From assembly GCF_009914755.1 (NCBI RefSeq), contig NC_060945.1: a DNA stretch of 64,000 nucleotides. The stretch is one strand, 5' to 3'. Positions 14,265-27,448 of the stretch are shown here, one piece after another. This DNA is from the human T2T-CHM13v2.0 reference genome, Homo sapiens. The number at the start of each line of letters is the position of its first letter. The first letter of the stretch is position 1. The notes under the pieces are model-generated. The model ran no database searches. It saw only the letters and a program-made list of their open reading frames with translations, and had not been told where the DNA came from. Made by a program: the position numbers and the translations under genes.

Positions 14265-14790
14265 GACCCAGCAATTCCACTCCATATCTCTACCCTGAAG
14301 TAGCTCTCACATGTGTTCATAAGAAAGAACAAACAAGAATATTCATGGAAAAAAGAAACTGCACACATTGTTTTACAATATCTAAATTTATAACCCCAGG
14401 AGAATGGATTATAAATGGGACCCTTGTATGTATGTATGTGTTTGTGTGCATGAGTAGATACACAAAAAACAATGGAATGCAATTCAGGAGAAAAATATAC
14501 CTATCGACATGGGTATATCTCAAGATACAAAATATTACATAAAAATAATTTGCAGAAGGCTATATAGGCATAGTCCCATTTATTTGAAGTTTCATAATAA
14601 GTTGTGTTTTAGAATAAGTATGTAGCAAATGTATAAGGCAATGCATAGGAATGAGAAACACCAAATCAAGAGAGTTGTTCTTTCCATGTGGCAAGGAGGA
14701 GAATGATATTGAGAGCCACAATTGATCGAATAATGTTTGATTTCTAATACTTTATTGAGTAGTAAGCACAAGAATCTTTATTACACCTTT
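14265..14790 (+). mobile_element. Ancient L1 (L1ME-type) 3' fragment
   Basis: gacccagcaattccactcc...ggagaatggattataaat...catgggtatatctcaag. Confidence 0.7.
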
Positions 14791-14839
14791 GAATGAATGA
14801 ATGAGTGAGTGAATGAATTCAGTTAATCAATTAACAGAG

Positions 14840-15598
<759 letters not shown>

Positions 15599-15867
15599 TA
15601 AAGTATACTATATAAACTATTCTTTATTTTTTTATACATATGAAATATTTAATGATTATTCTTTGCAAAAATCTAGAAAAATGATTAGGGGTGAAGAACT
15701 AGAAACAGTTTCTTTCTAGATACTGCTTGGAGCAATCAGCCCATTTTAATGGTGAGCAGCAGAGTTTAATCATTATTCAGATGAAGGTGTGCAGTTTTGA
15801 AGGCAAAGGGAAAGATGCCCCTGGGAAAAGAGAGATGTAACATTCTATAAAGAGTGATGATTTAGGT

Positions 15868-16160
15868 CAAGGGTCCCCAACCCCTGGGCCATGGACCAGA
15901 ACCAGGCCATACTGCAGGAGGTGAGCAGGGGACAAGCGAGCATTACTGCCTGAATTCTGCCTTCTGTCAGATCAATGGCAGCATTCAATTCTCATAGGAT
16001 CGCGAATCCTATTGTGAATTGTGCATGTGAGGGATCCAGGTTGTGCACTCCGTATGAGAATCTAATGCCTCTGAAACTATCTCCCCCAACCCCCCTGGTC
16101 CACGGAAAAATTGTCTTCCACAAAACTGGTCCCTGGTGCCAAAAAGGTTGGGGACCACTG
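15868..16160 (+). mobile_element. MER1B-like hAT-Charlie element with both TIRs
   Basis: caagggtccccaacc...ggttggggaccactg; 8-bp TSD atttaggt (15860-15867) / aattaggt (16161-16168). Confidence 0.92.
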
Positions 16161-16419
16161 AATTAGGTGATGGTGTTTCTGACTAGGCTGGAGAGAATGG
16201 CATCAACAGAGCAGATGGAAGAGTAGACTTCTGGTGGAGAATGACAGCATTTCCTCTGAGGCTGAAATGAGATTAAAGACAGAATCAAAGAGACCAAAAT
16301 TCTTGCATGTTCAGAGGAAGTTAGCTAAAGAAGTTCATACTGAATGTCGTTGATTTCAGCAAATGAAGAAGGTGAATGACCTGCCAAAGCTTTTCCTGGC
16401 CCAAAGTTTCATGTTTCTT

Positions 16420-16625
16420 CTCCTTCTTTGTGCTCTTTCATGGCACTGTTTCATGATCTTCTATTTACTTATCTGTCCTCCACCCAACCTTCTAACAATA
16501 ACCAATAGGTGATAAACTCTTTGCAGGGAGGTGCAGCACCTGCTTTCTTTACCCTTACATCTTCAGCATTTAGCTACCATTCAGAGTAGGAAGGAGATGA
16601 TCAAAAAACAGTTGCTAAACAAAAG
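16420..16625 (+). mobile_element. L2 3' end
   Basis: ctatttacttatctgtc...gataaactctttgcagggagg...tcttcagcatttagc. Confidence 0.6.
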
Positions 16626-19211
16626 TCAAGAGGCAGTATTAAGATTGTATATTTCAGGAGGGAGAAGGCATTATACAACTTCTGTAGGGAGTGTTTTAGG
16701 CTCTACAGCCTAAAGGAATGAAAGATTTATGGATTAAAACTGAAGTTGCTCCACACATGGATCAGGTCTGCCCATGTCCAAGACTTTCTTCAGTGACTCT
16801 CCAAAGTCTAAAATCAAGAACCGAAAAGCAGACTTTGAGAGTAATCTGGGGTTGTGGTTGGCTCAGCAGGCCTAAGAGTAGGTCATAGGGGCCTTGAGGG
16901 TCCCCAGTGAGTGGGAGAGCACAGCTGAAATGTTTGACCAAGGAATTTCAGCTGGGCAGGGCTTAGGAGTATCAAGTGGGAAAACGAAGTGAAGCAGGAA
17001 GGGGGAAGATTTTGAAGGCCTCATTGGAGACAAAGGGCATGAACAGCAGGGGTGGAGGGGAGCTGGTGGACTACCTGTGAAAGTAGATGGGTATCAGTTG
17101 AGTCAGAAGGGAAGTAGAAAAGATGAGAGAGTAGAGACCATCAGAAGAAGTAGAGAAGAGGAGCAGAGATGATGGGGCAGATGGTCGTAGGAAGTGGCCA
17201 GAGAGCAGGGACAATAAGAAAGGAAATGGAGCAAGGTGCATAGACCAGTGCAAAGCAAAGAGAAGGCAGACTCCTCTTTCTGTCTCCCACCAGTGATCTT
17301 AACTGAATAGGTAGCAACTCAGGTTAATAAAAGTAGCAAAGAATGAGTACTAAGAATGAGTAACTGCATGCAATTGAAAACTACACAATGAGAACCATGG
17401 TGAAGTGGCCAATCAGATGTCTTCACCACTGAATGTGGTCTTCACCACTGAATTTCCCAATCCACAAGCAATCGAATTGTGCTGACTTTTTCCCATGATT
17501 GATATGATCAAATGAATTTCAATTTTAGCATAGATTCAGCTAATCTTACATAAGCATAAATCAAAAATATAAAGAATGATAACAATGGACATGCCTGCTG
17601 TTCCTATAAATATTATTATGCCACAATAGATATTCATAATAAATAATTAGATCAATATGTAATTGGGAGAAACTTCTTCAGCTTGTCATTTTGTAATACA
17701 AAAAGGTGAATTAACGAAACTTCCAAGTTTCTTTATCAAAGGAAACATCATTGACAAGCAGAGGAGTTCTCAGAAAGCATGTACTCAGTTCCCTAAACTG
17801 AGACAAATGGTTTCCATATTAAAAATATATTTAAAAAACACCCAAACCCAAACAATGTGAACTAAAAGAAATGCAAGTAAGAACTACTTTGCAAAATCAT
17901 GTATGACCTCCCCTCCCTGCTCAAATCTGCCAGTGGGATGTGACTTTTCCAGCCTCCTGGCTAAAATGGAGCTCATAAAAACATAGCTCATAGATGGCAG
18001 AAATCATGTTTGCAGCATATCTCCAACAGCCCTTAAATATAACCTGATTTAAAAAATAATCTGAATGAAGAATAGGAAAACAATATTGAAATGTATGATT
18101 CATATTGAAATGCAAGAAGGGCAGGGAGGTTCTGAACAAAAAATTAATCCAAGCATGTGTAAATTTAATTTGGCCAATGTAAGATGACATCAGTTGTTGA
18201 GAGATTTCCAAAACATGGTCATACGCAATCAAAGTGTTCTGTACCTGAGAGAATATTTAGCCATCCTTTCCTCCCTATGTGATCCCTTTCCTTTTGCAAA
18301 CCTAAAGGACATAAATTCTTAAAATAGAGCAACCTGCACTATTTCTTAAAAAAATGGTAAGTATTCTCCACTACGAAATAAAAAGAAAGAATCAGAGAGA
18401 AATCGGGATCTTAAAATGCTGCTTCATTTGTCCACAGAGCATGCATCTTCTAGCAATCTGACAGCAATGACTTGCCTAAAACTGGGCAATCATTTCCCAG
18501 AGAGCAGTATTTACCTAATTAAGAGCTTCTCCGTGGTCCCCAGTTACTTAATTGTGTCATTAGCAGGAGTTTTGACATGAAGAACAACTTGTGTCTAGAG
18601 CACCAGCCTGGCCTCCGTTAGGGAAACCCAGCGGAGCGGCTCCCAGGGGGGCTGGCAGCAGCCTGCTGCAGTATGTACAGCACAAAATAGAATAATTGGT
18701 CCCCAGAGGGGCTGTCTCTTCAGCTGCCAATAGGGATTGTTTTTTTCCTTGTGAATAAAAAGCCAAGCCTCCATGACTCTTCTACTGAATATTAACGTGT
18801 GCCTCTGGTGCTCAGCGGCTCGTGGGAGGGATTAGGTCCTGGTGATTGTTACAGCTGTCCTCTTTGCTGCCCTACCGTTGATGACAGCATGAAATCGACA
18901 GTCCTGATCAAGGGAATAATGCGGTCAAGCTTCCTGATAGTCAAATGGATAAAATGTGCAGTGTACCATAGAGGTGTCCAACTGGGTGGGATCATAGGGG
19001 TTAAACTTCAGCCTGGGGGCCAAAGGGATGCTCTGTCCTCCTGCAATATGACATGGCAAAGGGCCGGAATTGACTGAGACTGTCAGGAGGTCAGGTGGGG
19101 GCTTCCTGCTGCTCCTTCCTTTCTCTAGCAGAAAAAGCAAAAGAAAAAGGGTGAGCACAAGTGCTTATAAATATTTTCCCAGGGGAAAAAAAATCAACTG
19201 CTTCTAGAAAG

Positions 19212-19469
19212 GTTTTTTTTTTTTTTTTTTTTAAAGGCTTTTAAAAATTGAGATATAAGTCATATGTAATAAATTCACCATTATAAAATGTACAATTTAG
19301 TGGTTCTAGCATATTTACAAAGTTGTGCAACCATCACCACTGTTTAATTTCAGAATGCTTTCATCACCCCAAAACCGTGGACCCATTAGCAGTCACCCAT
19401 TCCCCCCTCCCAGCCACTGGTAACCATTCGTCTACTTTTTGACTCTATGGATTTGCTTATTCTGGATAT
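19212..19469 (-). mobile_element. L1MB-type 3' end, 5'-truncated
   Basis: aaattcaccattataaaatgtacaatttagtgg...gttgtgcaaccatcaccac; poly-T; TSD ttctagaaag(g/a)ttttt. Confidence 0.9.
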
Positions 19470-20375
19470 TTCTAGAAAGATTTTTGATTAAAGAGTTTAT
19501 AAGTATCTAATATGGATTAGAGTTCGCAAGTATTAAAAAAGTGACAGTAAAACTGTGGTGGGGGGGTGGAATTAATCTGGAGTTCATAACTATTATCTGG
19601 AGTTCCAGTTTGAATTAGGATTTCAAAAACTGATCATAGAGCAGAACAAAGATTGTCACGAGTACATTGGCTTACCTCTTTTCTTATTCTTTCAATATTA
19701 GGATTAGTAAAATTCATCATAGAAACTTAGGCTATGTTTAGTTTGTGGAAAGCATTTTTTTAGACTAGCACAGGGAAAATATTTGGGGAAAATATTTTCG
19801 TTTGCATTATGAGTGTTTATTGTGGAGCCTTTTAAATTCAAAACTGTGTATCTTTGTCTTTAAAAAAATCTGTTTCTTGTAAAGTGTCTTAAAAAAAGAC
19901 TATAAACAAAAATATTTTAATAAAATTTTACTCTCTGAAATGATATTTATATTTAATGAATATTAAATATAAATTTATTTTTATATTTAAATGAAGGATT
20001 CAAATTTATTTAGCCAAGGCAACTGCTTAAAAATTATCCATATATATGCATAGGTGATGAGGGCTTTTATTGAATATTTTAGGACAGGAACTTATTTGGT
20101 ATAAGGACACTGAAATAATTTTTGGATGTATTATTCTCCCTCTATTTTCTCAAAATTGAATTATAACTATTGGTTCAATTTTACCATTGGCTTTCTCAAT
20201 AGAGCCTTAAGATCTTAACTCTAGAACACCTGCCATCTTTATGGCAAGTTAATGCTAACGTTTTGTTTTAAGAAGAGCTCCTTGGCACATCTAACATCGA
20301 ATAGTTAGTTCAGAAGAAAGTGTTTGCTACTAATGAAAGCCACTTCTTTTATCGCAAGGTTTCACGTTGGGCAGT

Positions 20376-20660
20376 ATTTTAGCCTTGGTTCTACCAAAAA
20401 GTAAAGCTTGAGACAAGGGCTTGCATATAGTTTATTTTGGGAAAATATCCCCAAAGAACAGGAGTGGGAGACTGGACAGAGGCAAATGGAAGGATGGAAC
20501 TTCCATCCAAAGGTACATTATTGAGTGAAATCCAGAAAGCACAAGCTAGCCAGTGCAGCTCAGGCAGGAGGCTATGAGGTTACAGATGGGAAGATGGTGG
20601 TTGCAATGCACGGCTGGAGTGAAATGTAGGTGTGAGGGGTGTCTCATAAACGGTATCCTA
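20376..20660 (-). mobile_element. LTR33-family ERVL LTR fragment
   Basis: cttgagacaagggcttgcatatagtttattttgggaaaatatcccca resembles LTR33. Confidence 0.6.
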
Positions 20661-21234
20661 ATTTACACGCTTGGTGGACACTTACAGGACATGGTAGATC
20701 TATGTCTGTATGGAACTTCTCACAACAAATCTTTTTCAATCAACACAGCTTTAGAAATTCTCCAAGTTATCTTGTCTCATAAAGACAGCAGATGCCAAAG
20801 ATCAGCAAGGAGAGTTCAGCCTAGCGAGACAGAGATGCGGGATACAGAGGCTCTCCTGTGGTTCACACAGAAAGATGGGAACCACACGGGACCAGAAATA
20901 CGGACCAGGGTCAAGAACTGGTACCTCAGGATGGAGAAGGCAAGAACCAAGTGGAACCACGAGAGGGATCCAAGGTGACCTGAAGCTCTTCTCTCGGCCA
21001 GACTGATAGAGAGAAGCTCGGCTTCTCAGTGAGGACACATTGGAACCTGACCCCTGGGCCTTTATGCTCCTCAGATATGCTGAGGGATATGCAGACCTCA
21101 TCCCAGAGTTCAAATTCAGCCATTCTCAACCAAACATTTTGTTATTTCATAAAGACTGGTATTAACCAATGCTTCACAGTTTATTAAGATAGTACCCGAG
21201 TAAGGTGGACTCTGCCTAATTATTAGAAATAATG

Positions 21235-21800
21235 TTTTCGATTTCGTCAAATACAGCTGGTGGAAGAGTAAATTGGGATGACCTTTCTGGAGGAGGGCAA
21301 GTGACAATAGGAACCAAAGCCTTAAAAATGTATATGGCCTTGGCCCAGCAATTCCACTTGTAAGAATTGATACTAAAGTCAAAAGCTGATACATCACAAA
21401 GATATAACATATATATAAGAATGGTCACTGAAACATTGTTAATAACATTGAGAAATTGACAATAAGTGTTAAACTTATTTGAGGAATAGTTAAAAGTTTG
21501 GTATAGCCAGAAAATGAAATCCTAGGAAGTTATAAAAAATTATGGCAAAAACATGTACACATTGACATAGAAACATAACCATAATATTTTAAAGTAACAG
21601 AGTGAGTTAATAAACGAATGAGTCCACTTATATAAAATTACAGATGTGCAGAGAAGCGTCTGCACAGATATTTACCACATTTTAAACAGCACTCATCTCT
21701 AAGTAACAATGTGTCAGGAAATTTTTTTCTCTATATATTTATATATCATTTGGGATTTTATAAGTCATACTATCATTTTTACTCCCTGAAAAAACAGTAA
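21235..21800 (+). mobile_element. Ancient L1 (L1ME-type) 3' fragment
   Basis: gctggtggaagagtaaattgg...ttggcccagcaattccacttgtaagaatt. Confidence 0.75.
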
Positions 21801-23324
21801 AGTTATTTCCAGTTTGAGGAATATCAATTCTAGTTCCCAGATCAGGCAAAAACCTGTGGGTAACCCCCATCTTACCAGGTTTAGCCTGGGTGTGCTACTT
21901 GTTACAACAACACACCATGATTATCTGACTCAGGGTGTATTTCCACCCCATTGATACAAAAGGTTTTGGCTGTTTTACTTTGGAATGGGGGAAGATGTGT
22001 CAAACCTTTACACTCATGTGAGTAACAAATAATGTCCCCCAAATCTGAGGACACTTTCCGTCTTTCTACATATTGTCAGCAGGCTCATCCCCAATGTGCC
22101 AATCATCTAACCCAAAAAACTTGTTCTTGGTTTGCTCAGGGGACGAGTGAGTCATTAAAAGACTGGCATTTGGGACATAGAAAATAAGATCAGTATCAGG
22201 AGAATGTTCCCCTGTGAATCTGTAAACTTCCCTCTTCCTTCTCCATCTCCTCCCAGTATTTGCTCGGTTCATTTGAGGATCATTCCTTACCCTATCATAC
22301 TTTACTGCAGGTAGGGCTTGCGTTATTAGTGGATGCATTGCTTTCAAATATTTTATGCAATATATTCAATAATACATGGTGAGAATATGCAAACTACAGA
22401 TCATATGCTGATAAAGTGTACTCTGCCAGTCTGTTAATTAGCTTAATAGATTAATTAGATTGATCTGCTAAATAACAAATAAGCTTGTCAGAAATTCACT
22501 GCTGCAACACTGATGACTGCCTTACTGTTGGCTTAGAAGCACATGTACCTTCTGATTCATCAAAAAATTAAACGATGCCCATCAAATAATTGCATTGTAT
22601 TCTAATTTTCTGCTAATTGGTAATTTATACACGGTAGTGATGGAAAAATTTTCATTAATAAAACATTCCTTTCTCTCTTGATGTCATATCAGCAATTCAC
22701 TACATGCTTTGTAAGTAGTCTCTTCTCAAGCCCATATATTTTTTCCCTCCAGTTCGATAGAATCATTTACTATATTGAGTTCTGGAAGGGAAGAAGCAGG
22801 ACCGCATCTTGGAATCCCTGCTACTCAGCATCTTGCACTCTGGAATCCTCTCTTCATGATGTACATGTGACTGACAGAGGTTGCTGTTTGTTCACACCGT
22901 CCCTCGGACAAAACTGTGTATCCAATAACTGTTGATAGATGCTTGTGGGTGACAGGCGTTTTAGAGAGGAACATGGATGACTGGCTCACATAGGGCTTCA
23001 CCAATGGGTGGCCTGGCAGGGGAATCAGCTGCAGATGCCCTTTTCTGACTTGCACTTGACAGGGGTCCTCTTCCAGCAGGCAAACAACCCAAGCTTGGAC
23101 CTTCTCAGGAACTGACAAGTCTGGACCAACCCAGGAGGCTCTGTCTCTGGCACAGCCCCTGGGGCGTAACTTTTGTTTCCTTTTGTCGCCTCAAGAGCAC
23201 AGAGGCTTTTTGATAACTGCTTTAGACTGTTTTAATTTTGATGATTTTTCTTTTAAATATAGAAACTTTTTTATAAAACAATTTTTCCTTAATATCTTCT
23301 GTCCTTATTTACTTCATTTCCTGT

Positions 23325-23474
23325 GATTTTTTAGGAGCATGTAAAATAAAGGATGCATAGGTCCTACCTCCAGGGATTTGGATGAGGTGAGTCTGGGCTG
23401 GGCCCCAGACTTCCTCACTAATTAAAAAGCAGCCTGAGTGACTCTAATAGGCCGCTGAGTTTCACAACCACTGC
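23325..23474. mobile_element. MER5A-like MITE
   Basis: ggtcctacctccagggatt...gtctgggctgggcccca...gtgactctaat...agtttcacaaccactg. Confidence 0.65.
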
Positions 23475-24559
23475 TGGTCGCTCAGTCTCAAAGAGTGGGA
23501 AAACACAGTCTTTGTCTTACGTAATTTTCTGGCACAAGGCAAGCCTCCTCATCAGTCATTTGTAATTCCAATATTTATTGAGAACATAAATATTTATCAG
23601 TTACTGCTTGGCCCTGGAACAGAGATAAAATACTATGGGCTGGAAGCACACAGGTAGAAAAACTTTAGAGAGTGTGCCTTAAATCAACGAGTGTAGTTAT
23701 ATTTCGTGAACAGAACAAGCCTGTCTCAAAATTTCTAAGTGATCCTTTGGAAATGGCAACAAGTTGAACATTTTGAAAAGGGATGTTGAAAAAGGATAAC
23801 TTATTTGCATCTTTTCAGAGGAATGGCTAAGAAACATGTTTGGCAATGAAACCATGTTCCTTTCTTTCAAACAAAAATGTTACTAGAACTTTGATATACA
23901 CCAGATCTAAGCAGATGGTAAGAATACGCTATCCATAGATCATATGCTGATGAAGTATATTATATACTAGAACTCTGATATCTACTAGACCTATGTGGTG
24001 TTTTATGACCACACTGTATTTAATAAGTTCCAGTTTATTGTTGCTTGGAGGACTCTTCTTCCCCCCCCACTTGTTTGAACATGGACAGATGTCCAGATGT
24101 CCCTTGGGCTCTGCTCTGAGTGTCTCTTCTCACTGCTTCCAGATCAGTTGGGAGAGTTGGAGAATGGGCATGGCTGGCCTCATCCTTTCTTTATTCTTCA
24201 GGCTCTAATTTCTCATCAGCTGAGTCCAACAGGGAAGACCTGCCCCTGGCTGCCCGTGCCTTCTCTGATGAGTAGGTAATTCTAATTCTGGGGTTATTAA
24301 GAAACCATTATTGTTATCTAAGCCTCCACAGCCTCTTCCAATCTCGCTTTTGTCCATCAGTAAAGAATGAAGCTACATTTTCACCTCCATAGGTCTGACT
24401 TCTGTTCTTGCCTCTCACTGAATGAGGCAGAGTAAACAAGCATACTTTCTGACCTTCCTCCAGTCCTAAACAATAATATTTACTTATCACAAGGTCACTT
24501 TGTGAGAGCGGTACAGGCTGATATGATATCCTGGGATCAGAATTGTAACTAAACCTTGG

Positions 24560-24810
24560 CAGCGTTGTGGTTCAAGGCACAGAGTGGAACTTCATGGTCT
24601 TTGCCATTTATCAGCAATTTGACCTCAGGGAACCACTTAACCTCCTCATACCTCAGTTGCCTGATCTGGAAAATGGTACCTTCCTTATAGGATGACTGTG
24701 AAGTTTACACAAAATGATATTAGTACTTGAGGAAAATATTTGCAACATTTTGACAGTACCTGGCATGTAATAAGTAGCTCATGTGTGCTTGCTAATATTA
24801 TTATTTATTT
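24560..24810 (+). mobile_element. MIR SINE
   Basis: tgacctcagggaaccacttaacctc...cctcagttgcctgatctggaaaatgg...cagtacctggcatgtaataagt. Confidence 0.85.
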
Positions 24811-25522
24811 CATTTTATGGTGACGTTTTTTAGTTGCACAATATAAAAAACAATTCTTGAGTCACTGCAGAGATAGCCATATTTAGATAATTTTTTTCAT
24901 CATTTAAAAAAAATCAGCCTTGAAATGTCAAGACCCTTTATCATTAAATCAAGATGAGGGGAAATACTTCAGTCTGAGTCTGAGGTCAGCTCCAAACCAA
25001 TGAATGTCACAGAATAAAATCATAACAAGTGTAGCAAAATTCAGTAGGTAACATATCTGAGTGTTCCCATTTATTACAGAGTTTTAAGTGTTCGAAATGC
25101 TTTTAAATGGAAATTCAATTAAATATGAAAATCCTAAAGAATATTCTTGGAGCATGGAGATCCGGTGCTCGCGACTGCACCTGATTAAACATCTTCCCTG
25201 CCAGCAAGGCAGGACTTAGAATGACTTGCTAAATGGAGCTTTTAATTCTAATTGGAGTTACAAAAAAAGAAAAGAAAAAGAAAAAAGCTGATTTTGAGAA
25301 CTACAAATTGAAGTTTGGAAGATTGGAGAAGTCCTCTCTGAGTTACTCTTTCTATTTCTGGCAACTCTGCTGACTGCACAATTCCAGGGGCTGCATTTAT
25401 GCTGCAAGGATGTAAACAATGCCCCAAGGTAGTTGAACAAACAGTCTTCAGAACTTTATCCACTTGCTTCACTGGTGATTCTAGAGTTGCCCTTGGAGAC
25501 TCTGACCAATATTATTATCTCC

Positions 25523-26079
25523 TGTGGTAAGCAGAATAATACATTGCCCCTCAAAGATTTCCACATCCTAATCCTCAGAACGTGTAAATATATGAATATA
25601 TTGCCTTGCATGGCAAAAGGGACTTTGCATAGGTGATAAAGTGAAGACCCGTAAGATGAGGAGAGGATCCTAGATTATCCAGGTGGGCCTAGTTGTATCT
25701 TAGGGATACGGTAGGTAACATATCTGAGTGTTTCCATGTATTACAGAGTTCTCCCTTAAAAAGGGAGAACCTTTCCCACTGTGATGAGAAGAAGATGTGC
25801 CTGAAAGAAAAGTCAGAGAGGCGAGACTTTGCTGGCTGAAGATGGAGAAGGGGGATCGTGAGTCAAGGAATGAGGGCAGCTTGTAGAACCTGGAATAGGT
25901 AAGTTGCCAGATGTAACCCTAGAGCCTCCAGGAAGGAGCAGTCCTGTTGACACCTTGGTTTCAGTCCAGTGAGACTTGTGTTGGACTTCTAATTCCAGAA
26001 TGAAAAATAATAAATTTGAGTTGTTTTAAGCTAATAATATTGTGATAATTTTTTACAACAGCAATAAAAATCTATTACG
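25523..26079 (+). mobile_element. MLT1D-like MaLR solo LTR carrying a foreign 40-bp insert
   Basis: tgtggtaagcagaataat...catggcaaaagggactttgc...ctagagcctccagg...aataaatttgagttgttttaagc. Confidence 0.88.
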
Positions 26080-26142
26080 TATAGCAAATATACAGAATGT
26101 CTAGCAAGATAGTAACCATTCTTTAGTGAGTTTTCTCTAACT

Positions 26143-26143
<1 letters not shown>

Positions 26144-26179
<36 letters not shown>
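26144..26179. repeat. (TAA)n microsatellite
   Basis: Read directly. Confidence 0.95.
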
Positions 26180-26182
<3 letters not shown>

Positions 26183-26399
26183 GCTCACATCTTTATTGAC
26201 AAATTGGACCTGACTGGAATGTATATCATCATTCATCCAAAAACATAAAATATTTGCTGTCTTTTTCAAAACCTACCGGGTGATAGACACTATGTGAAAC
26301 CTAAGAATACAGGGATGAAAAGAAGTCCCCTCCTGTGAAGTCAACTTTCTGTAGGGGACAAGACAAATTCCTCTTCCTTTCTTCTCCTTCATCTTCCTT

Positions 26400-26630
26400 A
26401 TTCAGTGGGCTAAATGAATATACCTGGCATTTCTTAGGCATTAATTTAATCAATTCTTGCAATGATTCCAGGAAGTAGGTAATATTATCGCTATCCCTGT
26501 CTTAGAAATGAGAAAACTGAAACACAGATAGATGAAAACTTGCCAAGGTCATTTGCTAATAAATGGTGGAGTCAGAATATAATCCCACGCAGCCTGGCTC
26601 CAGATCCTGTGGCACTGACTATTACAACAT
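26400..26630 (-). mobile_element. MIR SINE
   Basis: aaatgagaaaactgaaacacag...aacttgccaaggtca...cagcctggctccag. Confidence 0.8.
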
Positions 26631-26829
26631 ACAGCCTCACAAACAAATAATATCAATGGCAAGTTGATCAGTAAAACAATAGAGATGAGAGAGAGGGCAT
26701 CATGCACAGGGTGCCATGCAAACATCAAAGTGATAGTCTCCTTTGAATGGGATGGAAAGTGCTTGCTGATTCGGCAACATTTTATCTTAGCTTATATTAA
26801 TAATAATAGCTAACATTTGCAATCTCCCT

Positions 26830-27390
26830 ACGTATGTTACCTCTGGTTGCAAAACAATCCAAAACTTAATGGCTTGAAACAATAAGAACTCATTGATACT
26901 CATTAGAGTGGAGGATATGGGATGGATTTCCTGGAAGAGGCTAGGCTCAATTGTGTACCTGTGGTCCATTTCAATTCAGGTGGGCAGCTCTGCTAATTGA
27001 GCCTGGACTCCCTCACATGTCTGGGGGTTGGCTGGCTATGGGTTGTGCTGCCTCAGTCACACTCACATGCACTCATCCTCCAGCATGCTAGCCCAGGCTT
27101 CTCACAAAGACTGGCAGGCTTCCCTTAGGAAGCAGCCAACTGGCCAGGCATGACTTCTACTGCAAACTGGCCGGACATGACTTGTATTGCAAACTGGCCA
27201 GGCATTACTTCTACTGCGTTCTACTGGGCAATGCAAGACACAGGGAATTCAATAGGAATCAAAGGGGAAAGATTCAAGGAAAAGTAGGCTCTACTTTTTG
27301 ATGGAAAAAGACAAGAAGTCACAATGTAAAGGGTCTGGGACACGGGAAGCGCAGAGAATCGGGAACATTTTAGTTATCAATTGACCACAA
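26830..27390 (-). mobile_element. Old MLT1-family (F-K type) LTR
   Basis: caaaacttaatggcttgaaacaa...cacatgtctggggg...acttctactgcgttctactgg...ctctactttttgatgg. Confidence 0.7.
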
Positions 27391-27448
27391 CATATATTCG
27401 TTCATTTTAACCTCACAGCAAACCTCTAATCTAGATAACATCATCGTA

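Noticed and set aside
20553-20978. 141-aa ORF
   Set aside because: Starts at GTG inside an LTR33-like relic and has no recognisable domain.
24089-24104. 16-mer tgtccagatgtccctt shared with 42856
   Set aside because: A single 16-bp match within 64 kb is near chance expectation and does not extend.
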